Assembly (NCBI GenBank): GCA_963822965.1
Contig: CAWGJT010000015.1
Location: 64,001 to 128,000, forward strand
Direction: 5' to 3'
Length of the DNA stretch: 64,000 nucleotides
Source: an uncultured delta proteobacterium
GTDB taxonomy: Bacteria; Myxococcota_A; UBA9160; UBA4427
Part shown: one piece after another, positions 9,715 through 18,190 of the stretch
Layout of the letters: the number at the start of each line of letters is the position of its first letter
How positions within the stretch are numbered: position 1 is the stretch's first letter
Program-made: the position numbers and the translations under genes
Notes under the pieces: model-generated
What the model saw: only the letters and a program-made list of their open reading frames with translations
The model's database searches: none
Told to the model about the DNA's origin: nothing

Positions 9715-10785
9715 ATGTCCGATTCGCGCACGACACCCGCGAGCATGCGCGCCTGGCGCGTCCACGCGTACGCGGACCAGCCCACCGCGGCGCTCCAGCT
9801 CGACACGGTCGACGTGCCGAGTCCGGGCCCGAGCGAGCTGCTGGTCCGCGTGCAGGCGATCCCCCTGAACCTGAACGACCTCGAGCGCATCAACGGCCGC
9901 AACATGATGGTCCGCCCCGAGCTGCCCTACGCCCCGGGCATGGAGGTGATGGGGGTGGTCGCGGAGACGGGCGACGGTGTCGAGTCCTGGCAGGGAAGGC
10001 GCGTGGTGGCGATGGCCCGTCAGGCCCACGGCGGCTTCGCGGAGTACGCCCTCTGCCCGGTCGTATCGGCCTTCGAGATGCCGGAATCGGTCCCGCTGCC
10101 CGGAGCCGCCGCGCTCTACTTCCCCTTCCACCTGGCGTGGCTCGGGCTCTTCGAGCGGGCCCGGCTTCGCGAAGGTGAGTCGGTGCTCGTCCACGCCGCC
10201 GCCGGGGGCGCCGGCTCCGCGGCGGTGCAGCTGGCGGTGCACGCCGGTGCGCGGGTGCTCGCGACGGTGGGCTCCGACGCCAAGGCCCAGCTCTGCAAGG
10301 ACCTGGGGGCGTCGCGCGTGATCAACTACGAGAGCGAGGACTTCCTGCCCATCGTGCTCGACGAGACCGCCGGCCGGGGTGTGGACGTGGTCTTCGACAA
10401 CGTCGGCGAGGCCGTGCTCGAGAAGTCCATCAAGGCGATCGCCTACGATGGACGCTACGTGATGAACGGCTTCGCGTCGGACAAGAGCCACGCGGACCAG
10501 AAGCTCATCGTGCCGCGCAGCCTGGCCACGGGAAACTTCAAGCTCTGCGGCGTGCTGCTCGCCTACGCCGACGATGCCACGGCCCCGGTCTTCAAGCGGG
10601 CCATGGGCTGGAACTTCGTCCCGAGAGCCGTCGGCCAGAAGCTCCACGAGCAGATCGTGGAGCTCGTCGTCGCGCAGAAGATCGCGCCGGTGGTCGGCCG
10701 GGAGGTCGACTTCGAGGCGCTACCCGCCGCGATGGAGGCGATGGCGAACCGCCAGACGGTGGGACGCACCGTCGTCCGGGTCTGA
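9715..10785 (+). CDS. NADPH:quinone oxidoreductase family (MDR) protein
   Basis: [49 protein letters not shown]. Confidence 0.9.
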   Translation: MSDSRTTPASMRAWRVHAYADQPTAALQLDTVDVPSPGPSELLVRVQAIPLNLNDLERINGRNMMVRPELPYAPGMEVMGVVAETGDGVESWQGRRVVAMARQAHGGFAEYALCPVVSAFEMPESVPLPGAAALYFPFHLAWLGLFERARLREGESVLVHAAAGGAGSAAVQLAVHAGARVLATVGSDAKAQLCKDLGASRVINYESEDFLPIVLDETAGRGVDVVFDNVGEAVLEKSIKAIAYDGRYVMNGFASDKSHADQKLIVPRSLATGNFKLCGVLLAYADDATAPVFKRAMGWNFVPRAVGQKLHEQIVELVVAQKIAPVVGREVDFEALPAAMEAMANRQTVGRTVVRV

Positions 10786-10827
10786 GCCGGGCCGGGGGCC
10801 CGGCCCGGTCTGGGCGCCCGCATCCCC

Positions 10828-11586
10828 ATGGTCTACCCGATCTCACCCGCCGAGCTCCAGGAGGACTTCCTCCGGGCGCACGTCTACCCCGACGCCCGGC
10901 GCACGTTCTACTGGACCCCCTCGTGGGACCCGGACTTCTACGTCGCCCTCGCGCGGGCCGGCTTCATCGCCATCGGCTACGACCACCCCACACACGGCCC
11001 GCTGCTGCTGCCGGAGCTGCAACGAAGCTACGCGGTGCTCGACTGGGAGAGGCTCCACGTCTCGCGCCAGCTGCGGCGGCTGATGCGCTCCGGACGGCTC
11101 GAAGAGCAGGGCGTCGAGCTGCGGGTGGCCCCTTCGTGCGAGCGCGTGATCGAACGGCTGGTGGAGTATCACGCGCCGAAGACCTGGCTGTGCCCGCCCT
11201 ACCGCGCGCTGCTGGCGAAGCTTCCGACCGGCGGCCAGACGCACTTCGCGCTCCACGCCGTCGAGCTCTGGTCCCGGCGCCACGACCGGCTCGTCGCGGG
11301 CGAGCTCGGCTACACGACCGGAAGCGTGTACACGAGCCTCTCGGGGTTCTGCACGCGACCCGATCGCGAGTGGCGCCACTTCGGCAGCCTGCAGCTGGTG
11401 CTGCTGGCGCAGCGGCTGCGAGACGACGGCTACGCGTTCTGGAACCTGGGGCATCCCGGCATGGCCTATAAGAAGGCGCTCGGCGCCCGGACCCTCTCGC
11501 GCCGGGCGTTCCTCGCACGCTGGCGGGTGGCGGTGGACGACGCGCCCACCCGGCTGCTGGGCGAGCCCGCCGCGGCACCGCCCTAG
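10828..11586 (+). CDS. Leucyl/phenylalanyl-tRNA--protein transferase-like (atypical Aat family, GNAT fold)
   Basis: LHVSRQLRR, HAVELW..LVAGELGYTTGSVYTSLSGF, WNLGHPGMAYKKALGA. Confidence 0.7.
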   Translation: MVYPISPAELQEDFLRAHVYPDARRTFYWTPSWDPDFYVALARAGFIAIGYDHPTHGPLLLPELQRSYAVLDWERLHVSRQLRRLMRSGRLEEQGVELRVAPSCERVIERLVEYHAPKTWLCPPYRALLAKLPTGGQTHFALHAVELWSRRHDRLVAGELGYTTGSVYTSLSGFCTRPDREWRHFGSLQLVLLAQRLRDDGYAFWNLGHPGMAYKKALGARTLSRRAFLARWRVAVDDAPTRLLGEPAAAPP

Positions 11587-11667
11587 ACGTGCGTCCCGCT
11601 CAGACGTGCGTCCCGCCCACCCGGTCGCCCGGCGGCGCGCCCCAGGCGTCCGGATCCGCCGTCCGAC

Positions 11668-11696
11668 TTGCAATTAATCGGCTGTTTGATTAATTT
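11668..11696 (+). promoter_or_regulatory. Sigma70-type promoter (TTGCAA-17-TAATTT) overlapped by palindromic TetR operator candidate AATTAATC-N8-GATTAATT
   Basis: AT-rich island in GC-rich DNA; inverted repeat at 11672-11695; ATG 7 nt after the -10 element. Confidence 0.75.
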
Positions 11697-11703
11697 TTGC
11701 GCC

Positions 11704-12366
11704 ATGCCGCCTCGACGCCCCCGACGATCTGCCCGCCAGCCCGGCCGGCCCCCCTCCGAAGCACGTCCCGAGACCCGGGAGGCGCTGCTCGAAGCCGCCA
11801 ATCGGCTCTTCGCCCGCCACGGCGCCGGCGAGGTCTCCCTGCGGCGTCTTGCGGCCGAGGCCGGAGTCACCCCCGCCATGGTCCACTACTACTTCGGCGG
11901 CAAGCAGGGCCTCTACGACGCCATGCTCGAGCGCGCGTTCGCGCGGGTGATCGAGGGGGCCAGCGCGCTGGCGGCGCGCGGCGAAGGCGACCGGTCGGGC
12001 GACGTGCTGCAGAACCTGCTCGAGCTGCTGACGAGCACGTTCGCCGCGGAGCCGTGGCTCCCGACCCTGGTGGTGCGCGACGTCCTGTCCGAGGGCGGGC
12101 GCTTCCGGGAGCGCTTCGTCCGGGACTACGCTTCCCGCATGGCCGAGCTGCTGCCGGGGCTGCTGCGCGCGGAGATCGAGGCCGGCCGCTTCCGCCCCGA
12201 CCTCGACCCACGGCTGGCCTTCCTCTCGTTCATGGGCATGGCGGTGTTCCCCTTCGTGGCGCGCGCCGTGGTGGAGCCCGCGCTGGGCATCGAGTACGAC
12301 GCGGACTTCCTGCGCCGCTTCGTGACGCACACCCGCCGTCTCTTCGTCGAAGGAGCGGGCGCATGA
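11704..12366 (+). CDS. TetR-family regulator of the ABC exporter operon
   Basis: HTH SLRRLAAEAGVTPAMVHYYFGGKQGLY. Confidence 0.92.
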   Translation: MPPRRPRRSARQPGRPPSEARPETREALLEAANRLFARHGAGEVSLRRLAAEAGVTPAMVHYYFGGKQGLYDAMLERAFARVIEGASALAARGEGDRSGDVLQNLLELLTSTFAAEPWLPTLVVRDVLSEGGRFRERFVRDYASRMAELLPGLLRAEIEAGRFRPDLDPRLAFLSFMGMAVFPFVARAVVEPALGIEYDADFLRRFVTHTRRLFVEGAGA

Positions 12367-13427
12367 AGCGAACGCGTGCGTCGCTGGCGTGCCTCCTGTC
12401 CTTCCTGTGCCTGTGGGCCTGCTTCGACGACGGGCCGCCGCCCGCCGTGGGGACCCTCGAGCGCGATCGGATCGACCTCATCGCCGAATCCTCCGAGCCC
12501 GTGGTGGCGCGGCCGGTGCAGGAAGGCGCCTACGTGGAGGCGGGCACCCTGCTGGTGAAGCTCGATCCCACCCGGCCCGCCACCCAGGTGGCCCAGGCGA
12601 TGGGGGCACGCGCTCGGGCCGCGGGCCGCCTGGCCGAGCTGGTGCGCGGGCCGCGGCACGAGCGCATCGAAGAGGCCCGGGCGCTCCTGCACGGCGCCGA
12701 GAGCCGGCTCACCACGGCTCGCGACGATCTCACGCGCACCCAGGACCTCTTCACCCAGGGCGTCGTCTCTCCCCAGCAACGGGACCAGCAGCGCACGGCC
12801 TTCGACGAGGCGAAGGGGGCGCGCGACGCGGCCCGGGCCACCCTCGACGCCCTGCTCGACGGCACCACCGAGGAAGAGCTCGACCAGGCCGAGGCGGCGC
12901 TCGCCGAGGCGGACGGGGCGCTCGCGGACGCGCAGGTGCACCTCGGTCGCATGGAGGTGCGGGCGCCCACCGCCGGCTGGCTGGACGCCCTGCCCTACGA
13001 GCTGGGCGAGCGGCCACCGGCCGGAGGCGTGGTCGCCGTGTTGATGGCGGACGAAGCCCCCTACGCCCGGGTGTACGTGCCCGCATCGGTGCGGGTCCAC
13101 GTGACAGCGGGTACCCCGGCGCAGGTGCGGGTCGAGGGGCTCGACGAGCCCATCCCCGGTCGCGTGCGCATGGTGGCGCGCGACGCGTCCTTCACGCCCT
13201 ACTTCGCCCTCACCGAGCGCGACCGCGGGCGCCTGGTGTACGTGTCGAAGGTGGACCTGCTCGGGCCCGAAGCGCGCGGTCTGCCCACGGGCGTGCCGGT
13301 GCAGGTGGAGTTCCAGCTTCCCGGATCGGGCAGCGCGGCCGAGACCGCGTCGGGCAGCGCGGCCGAAACCGCCCCCGACCCGGCGGCCGCGGCCAGCCCG
13401 GGCGAGGCAGTCGATGCCGGCGACTGA
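12363..13427 (+). CDS. HlyD-family membrane fusion protein (YbhG-like)
   Basis: ATGA overlap; GTLERDRIDL, coiled-coil, VRAPTAG, SFTPYFALTERDR, LPTGVPV. Confidence 0.88.
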   Translation: MKRTRASLACLLSFLCLWACFDDGPPPAVGTLERDRIDLIAESSEPVVARPVQEGAYVEAGTLLVKLDPTRPATQVAQAMGARARAAGRLAELVRGPRHERIEEARALLHGAESRLTTARDDLTRTQDLFTQGVVSPQQRDQQRTAFDEAKGARDAARATLDALLDGTTEEELDQAEAALAEADGALADAQVHLGRMEVRAPTAGWLDALPYELGERPPAGGVVAVLMADEAPYARVYVPASVRVHVTAGTPAQVRVEGLDEPIPGRVRMVARDASFTPYFALTERDRGRLVYVSKVDLLGPEARGLPTGVPVQVEFQLPGSGSAAETASGSAAETAPDPAAAASPGEAVDAGD

Positions 13428-14355
13428 CACCCCCACGGCGATCGAGACCCACGGGCTCACGCGGCGCTTCGGAGAGCTCGTCGCGGTGGACCACGTGGAC
13501 CTCTCGATCCCCCGCGCCCAGATCTACGGCTTCCTGGGACCCAACGGATCGGGCAAGACCACCGCCATCCGCGTGCTGTGCGGCCTGCTCAGGCCCAGCG
13601 AAGGGAGCGTCGAGGTGCTCGGCTACGAGATTCCCCGGGAGGCCGAGCGACTGCGCCGCTCCATCGGCTACATGACCCAGCGCTTCTCGCTCTACGAGGA
13701 TCTGACGGTTCTCGAGAACCTGGACTTCATGGGCGAGATCCACTCGCTGCCCCGGGCGCGTCGGCACGAACGAACCCGCGAGCTGATCGCCGAGTATCGG
13801 CTCGAGGAGCAGGCCCGGCAGCGCGCCGGCACCCTCTCGGGCGGCCAGCGACAGCGGCTGGCCCTGGCCGCCACGACCATCCACGAGCCCGACCTGCTCT
13901 TCCTCGACGAGCCCACCAGCGCCGTCGATCCCCAGAGCCGGCGCGACTTCTGGGAGTCGCTCTTCGCCCTGGCCGACCGCGGCACCACGATCCTGGTCTC
14001 CACCCACTACATGGACGAGGCCGAGCGCTGCCACGCGCTGGCCATCCTCGACCGGGGCCGCCTCGTCGCCGAGGGCGCGCCCCGCGACCTGATGGAGGAC
14101 ATCGACGCAAGCGTGATCGAGATCGAGACCGAAGCCCTGCGCGCCGCACACAGCGTGCTGGACGACATGCCGGAGGTGATGAGCGTCGCGCAGCTGGGGA
14201 CGCGCCTGCACGCGCTGCTCGAGCCGAACCTGGACGATCCCGCCGGACGGGTGCGGAAGGCCCTGGCCCGGGCGGACGTCACCGCCTCGGTGGAGGCCAC
14301 CCCCGCCAGCCTCGAGGACGTCTTTGTCGCCACCACCCGGAGGGCCGAGCGGTGA
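13414..14355 (+). CDS. ABC transporter ATP-binding protein
   Basis: GPNGSGKTT, LSGGQ, FLDEPT, STHYMDEAE. Confidence 0.95.
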   Translation: MPATDTPTAIETHGLTRRFGELVAVDHVDLSIPRAQIYGFLGPNGSGKTTAIRVLCGLLRPSEGSVEVLGYEIPREAERLRRSIGYMTQRFSLYEDLTVLENLDFMGEIHSLPRARRHERTRELIAEYRLEEQARQRAGTLSGGQRQRLALAATTIHEPDLLFLDEPTSAVDPQSRRDFWESLFALADRGTTILVSTHYMDEAERCHALAILDRGRLVAEGAPRDLMEDIDASVIEIETEALRAAHSVLDDMPEVMSVAQLGTRLHALLEPNLDDPAGRVRKALARADVTASVEATPASLEDVFVATTRRAER

Positions 14356-15449
14356 TCCGGTCGCTCGGCCGCATCCTCGCGGTGGTGCGCAAGGAGGCGC
14401 TGCAGCTCTCACGCGACCGGCTCACCTTCGGCATGGTGTTCGGCGTTCCCATCATGCAGCTGCTGCTCTTCGGCTACGCGATCAACCAGGACGTGCGCCA
14501 CCTCCGCGCCGGCGTCGCCGACCTGGCCGCCACCCAGCGATCGCGGATCTTCGCCGCCGACGCGGCGGCGAGCCAGGTGGTGGACGTCGTCGCCACGGCC
14601 CACACCGCGGCCGGGCTGGAGGATCTGCTGCGCCGAGGCGAGATCGTGGTGGGGATCCTCATCCCCTACGACTTCGAGCGCCGGGTGGCCCGGGGCGACC
14701 GACCGGTGGCGCAGCTGCTGGTGGACGGGAGCGACCCGGTGGTGCTGTCCGCGGCGCGCGGCCTGGCCGAGCTGCCGGTGCCCCGGGACCGGCCCGTCGC
14801 GAGCGACGGCTCGGCCTTCGAGGTCCGCGCCTACTACAACCCCGAGCGACGCTCGCCGGTGCAGATCGTGCCGGGCCTCGTGGGCGTCATTCTCACCATG
14901 ACGATGACCCTCTTCACCGCCGTGGCCATCGTGCGCGAGCGCGAGCGCGGGAACCTGGAGCTGCTCATCACCACGCCGATCCGCACGCCGGAGCTGATGG
15001 TGGGGAAGATCCTGCCCTACATGGTGATCGGCATGCTGCAGGTGACCCTCATCGTGGGCATGGGCGTCCTGCTCTTCGACGTGCCCGTGCGCGGTCCCTT
15101 CTACGACGTCTACGCGGCAAGCCTCATCTTCGTGACCGCCACCCTCGGGCTGGGGCTGCTCATCTCCACGCTGGCGCAGACCCAGTTCCAGGCGTTCCAG
15201 CTGACGTTCTTCACCTTCCTGCCCCAGATCCTGCTCTCGGGGTTCATGTTCCCGTTCGACGGCATGCCCCGGGCCGCCCAGTGGCTCGCCGAGGCGTTCC
15301 CGCTCACCCACTTCGTGCGCATCGTGCGGGGCATCATGCTGCGCGGCGCGACGCTCGCGGACGTGGATCGGGACCTGTGGCCCCTGGGCATCTTCTTCGC
15401 GGTGACCATGGCCCTGGCCACCCTGCGCTTCCGCAAGCGCCTCGACTAG
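14352..15449 (+). CDS. ABC-2 type permease (YbhR/YbhS-like)
   Basis: GTGA overlap; KEALQLSRDR, VRERERGNLE, LLSGFMFP. Confidence 0.92.
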   Translation: MIRSLGRILAVVRKEALQLSRDRLTFGMVFGVPIMQLLLFGYAINQDVRHLRAGVADLAATQRSRIFAADAAASQVVDVVATAHTAAGLEDLLRRGEIVVGILIPYDFERRVARGDRPVAQLLVDGSDPVVLSAARGLAELPVPRDRPVASDGSAFEVRAYYNPERRSPVQIVPGLVGVILTMTMTLFTAVAIVRERERGNLELLITTPIRTPELMVGKILPYMVIGMLQVTLIVGMGVLLFDVPVRGPFYDVYAASLIFVTATLGLGLLISTLAQTQFQAFQLTFFTFLPQILLSGFMFPFDGMPRAAQWLAEAFPLTHFVRIVRGIMLRGATLADVDRDLWPLGIFFAVTMALATLRFRKRLD

Positions 15450-15560
15450 GAGCCGCGATCGACCCCCAGCAGGTCCCAGACCTGCACCGAGCAGCCCACC
15501 CCGAAGACGGCAGCTACCCCGACGACGCGGCCCTCGTCGGCTGAGATCGCGGCCCGCTCG

Positions 15561-16694
15561 TCACGACGCCTCCGGGCCTCCGGCTTCCGCCGGCGCCTCC
15601 ACGAACGCCTCGCCCGGGGCCACGTGCACCGAGCGGCGGCCCAGCAGGTTCAGCTTGAAGCGGCGGATCGTCTCCGGCTCGATGCGCGATCCCGCTCCGT
15701 CCTCGAAGTGGAGCGCGTCCTTCGGGCACTGCACCACGCAGGCGCCGCAGCGCACGCAGCGCTCGTCGTGGGCCAGCGCGACCTTGGCCTCCCCGGGGAC
15801 CTTCTCGAAGCAGGCCTCGGGACACACCTCCCAGCAGCGGTACACGCCCGCGCAGCGGTCCACGTCCAGGGTGATGCGCCAGTCCTGCCCGTCGAAGTGG
15901 CCGCTGCCTTCGAGGGGCGTGCTGCCCGCATAGTCGAAGGTGAGGAGCGCCACGAAGCCGGCGGGCGCGAGCACGGCCGCGGCCAGCGCGGGCGTACCGC
16001 CGCCCACCGCCGCGACGCACGCGAGCGACGCGAGGGCCCCCGCGCCCGTGAGCCAGAAGCGTCCGGCGCCGGGCAGACGGTCGAGGACCGTGAAGACCGC
16101 CACCGCCAGGGCCCCACACAGCGCCACCAGCGGGAGTGTCCACGCGGGCCGCAGGAAGAGCGCGGCGACGGCGACGATGATCGCGGTCGGGCACGCCCAG
16201 GCCGCGGCCATCTCCAGCCGCTCGCGCAGGCCGAACGATACCCGCCGCATGGCGTCGGTCTTCTCGCCCCCGGAAGCCAGGTAGGCCGGGATGTCGTCGA
16301 CGCGTACGGGGCCGAAGCGCACCCGCCAGTGGCTGCGGCGGTAGACGTCGAGGCCCTCGACGCCGGTCGCCGCCAGCTGGGGAACGACGAGGTCGCGGTG
16401 ATCGACGCGCTCGTCGATACCCGAGGTCTTGAGGGCCGTCACCACCTGGTGGCTGGTGAGGTGTCCGCCGGCCGCCGCACACCACACGTTGATGCCGTGG
16501 GCCGGCGCCACCAGCAGCCAGGCGTCCAGCCCGCGCAGGGCGCGGGTGAGCCGGCGAACCGTGAGGTCGTAGTTGGCCGTGAGCAGCACGGGGCTCTGGC
16601 GTCCCGGACTGCCGATGGCGCGCAGCCCGGGCTCCGTGGGCCAGGGAACCATGCGGAACGCGGTCTGCAGGACGTCCTTCACGAGTGACGTCAC
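15561..16694 (-). CDS. HgcAB-like fusion protein: CdhD/HgcA-type corrinoid-binding domain, TM helices and C-terminal ferredoxin
   Basis: GTG overlapping the upstream stop; PGLRAIGSPGRQSPVLLTANYDLT, GINVWCAAAGG, VPQLAATGV, FGPVR..DIPAYL; about 4 TM segments; CAGVYRCWEVCP and CVRCGACVVQCP. Confidence 0.9.
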   Translation of the reverse strand: MTSLVKDVLQTAFRMVPWPTEPGLRAIGSPGRQSPVLLTANYDLTVRRLTRALRGLDAWLLVAPAHGINVWCAAAGGHLTSHQVVTALKTSGIDERVDHRDLVVPQLAATGVEGLDVYRRSHWRVRFGPVRVDDIPAYLASGGEKTDAMRRVSFGLRERLEMAAAWACPTAIIVAVAALFLRPAWTLPLVALCGALAVAVFTVLDRLPGAGRFWLTGAGALASLACVAAVGGGTPALAAAVLAPAGFVALLTFDYAGSTPLEGSGHFDGQDWRITLDVDRCAGVYRCWEVCPEACFEKVPGEAKVALAHDERCVRCGACVVQCPKDALHFEDGAGSRIEPETIRRFKLNLLGRRSVHVAPGEAFVEAPAEAGGPEAS

Positions 16695-17398
16695 GGCTGG
16701 CTGCCTCCGTCTGCCCCGGGCTGTGGGTCGTCCGGTTCCGGCGCGGTCGCCACGAAGAGGGCCAGGCTGCCCGCGAGCCAGCCCCGCTGGCGACGCACGA
16801 GGAGGCCCGCCGCCTCGAGCTTGCCGCGCAGGTCGGCGACGGGACGCGACACGGACCCCGCCAGCAGCCACCCCAACAGCCACTGGGGCGCTCGTCCCAG
16901 CACCTGGAGCAGGCGCCCGCCGCCGCGGGCGATCACCTCGTCCGCCACCACCACCCGGCCCCGGGGCCGCAGGCGTTCGCGCACCCGGGCGAGCACGTAG
17001 CGCTGCTCGTCGCCGGACATCTCCGACAGGCAGAGCGAGAGCACCACCGCGTCGAAGCCGCCCCGCGGCAGGGCGTCGATCTCCGACGCCGTCCGCTCGA
17101 GCCACTGGACCCGGGCGAGCGCGTCGGGGCCCAGCGCGGCCAGGCGGCGGCGCGCCTGCTCCAGCATGCCGGCGCTCTGGTCGAGAGCCGTCACCCGCGC
17201 GCCGCGCTCGACGAGGCGGCGGGTGACGGCGCCGGTCCCGCAGCCCACCTCGAGCACCTGCGCCCCGGGCTCCGGGGCGGCCTCCCGGGCCACCGCATCG
17301 TGCAGCGCGGTGACCCGTCCCAGGGTGATCGCCCGCATGCCGGCGTCGTAACGCTCGGGCGAGCCTTCGAGCCAACGCATGAGGGCGAGAGAGCTCAT
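16691..17398 (-). CDS. Class I SAM-dependent methyltransferase associated with the corrinoid protein (CpaM-like)
   Basis: MRWLEGSPERYDAGMRAITLG, VLEVGCGTG, FDAVVLSLCLSEMS, VVADE; translationally coupled to both neighbours. Confidence 0.88.
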   Translation of the reverse strand: MSSLALMRWLEGSPERYDAGMRAITLGRVTALHDAVAREAAPEPGAQVLEVGCGTGAVTRRLVERGARVTALDQSAGMLEQARRRLAALGPDALARVQWLERTASEIDALPRGGFDAVVLSLCLSEMSGDEQRYVLARVRERLRPRGRVVVADEVIARGGGRLLQVLGRAPQWLLGWLLAGSVSRPVADLRGKLEAAGLLVRRQRGWLAGSLALFVATAPEPDDPQPGADGGSQP

Positions 17399-17973
17399 GG
17401 CGCCACCGCCCGGCGGGCGATGCGACCGAGCTCGCGCCGGAGCGCGTCGGCGTCGAACGCCCTGGGGTCGAGGAAGTGCTGGATCAGCAGCCCGTCGATG
17501 GCGCCGATCAGGGTGGCGGCGGCCAGCAACGGATCCGCGTCCGCGGCCACCTCGCCGCGTGCCTGCCCTTCGCGCAGCACGCCGGCCAGCTCGTCGCGGA
17601 TCTCGCGGAAGAAGCTCCGGAAGCGGACGCCGTCCCCCATGCGCAGGTCGATGAAGAGCCGGCCGAGGGAGGCCCAGTCGTCGAAGAGCGCCACGCAGCC
17701 GTCCACCAGGCGCTGGACGCGCAGGGCCACGGGATCGTCGCCCGCGAGGCAGGCGTGGAAGAGCGCGCGCTCGCCGGCGAGCGCCTCCGCCACCAGGTCG
17801 CGCAGCAGGGCGTCCTTGTCGGGGTAGTAGTGATAGAGGCTCGAGCGCCCCATGCCGGCGGCCCGGGCCACGTGGGCGAGGCCCGTGCCCGGGATGCCCT
17901 TGCGGGCGAACACGCGGCGGGCGGCGCGCCGGATCTCCTCGCGCTGGGCGCTGGCGTCGACCTGCTTGGGCAT
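17395..17973 (-). CDS. TetR-family transcriptional regulator
   Basis: MPKQVD..QREEIRRAARRVFARKG..GLAHVARAAGMGRSSLYHYYPDKDAL. Confidence 0.92.
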   Translation of the reverse strand: MPKQVDASAQREEIRRAARRVFARKGIPGTGLAHVARAAGMGRSSLYHYYPDKDALLRDLVAEALAGERALFHACLAGDDPVALRVQRLVDGCVALFDDWASLGRLFIDLRMGDGVRFRSFFREIRDELAGVLREGQARGEVAADADPLLAAATLIGAIDGLLIQHFLDPRAFDADALRRELGRIARRAVAP

Positions 17974-17991
17974 GCGGGCTCCGTCGGCTCT

Positions 17992-18046
17992 CTTCCTTGG
18001 CTTCCCTTGGCTTCCCTTGGCTTCCCGTGGCTTCCCATGACTCCCC
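17992..18046. repeat. 10-bp tandem repeat (cttcccttgg), about 5 units, in the TetR leader
   Basis: cttccttgg cttcccttgg cttcccttgg cttcccgtgg cttcccatga. Confidence 0.85.
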
Positions 18047-18066
18047 GCGACCGCCGCCCGTCGCGG

Positions 18067-18108
18067 GTTTTCGTCATGTCTGTCGATATCGACAATCATG
18101 TCGAAAAC
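18067..18108. promoter_or_regulatory. 42-bp imperfect palindrome with perfect core TGTCGATATCGACA; operator candidate
   Basis: 18 of 21 symmetric positions pair; lies between the divergent TetR operon and the DUF2817 gene. Confidence 0.7.
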
Positions 18109-18190
18109 GAGCGGGTGCGTCAAGACCGAGCGCGGCCCGCCCCGGAGCGGCCGCTATGGTCCGCTCGGCACATCCGCGGGAGCGCCACCC

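Noticed and set aside
11585..11616. 17-bp direct repeat as a target-site duplication
   Set aside because: The two copies are adjacent with no element between them; simple tandem duplication at a gene end
15451..15554. Structured ncRNA between convergent genes
   Set aside because: Short GC-rich hairpins only; no recognisable RNA family; more likely termination-related
15561..16694. Bona fide hgcA/hgcB mercury methylation genes
   Set aside because: Fused architecture, cap helix NVWCAAAGG rather than NVWCAAGK, and no C-terminal HgcB cysteines
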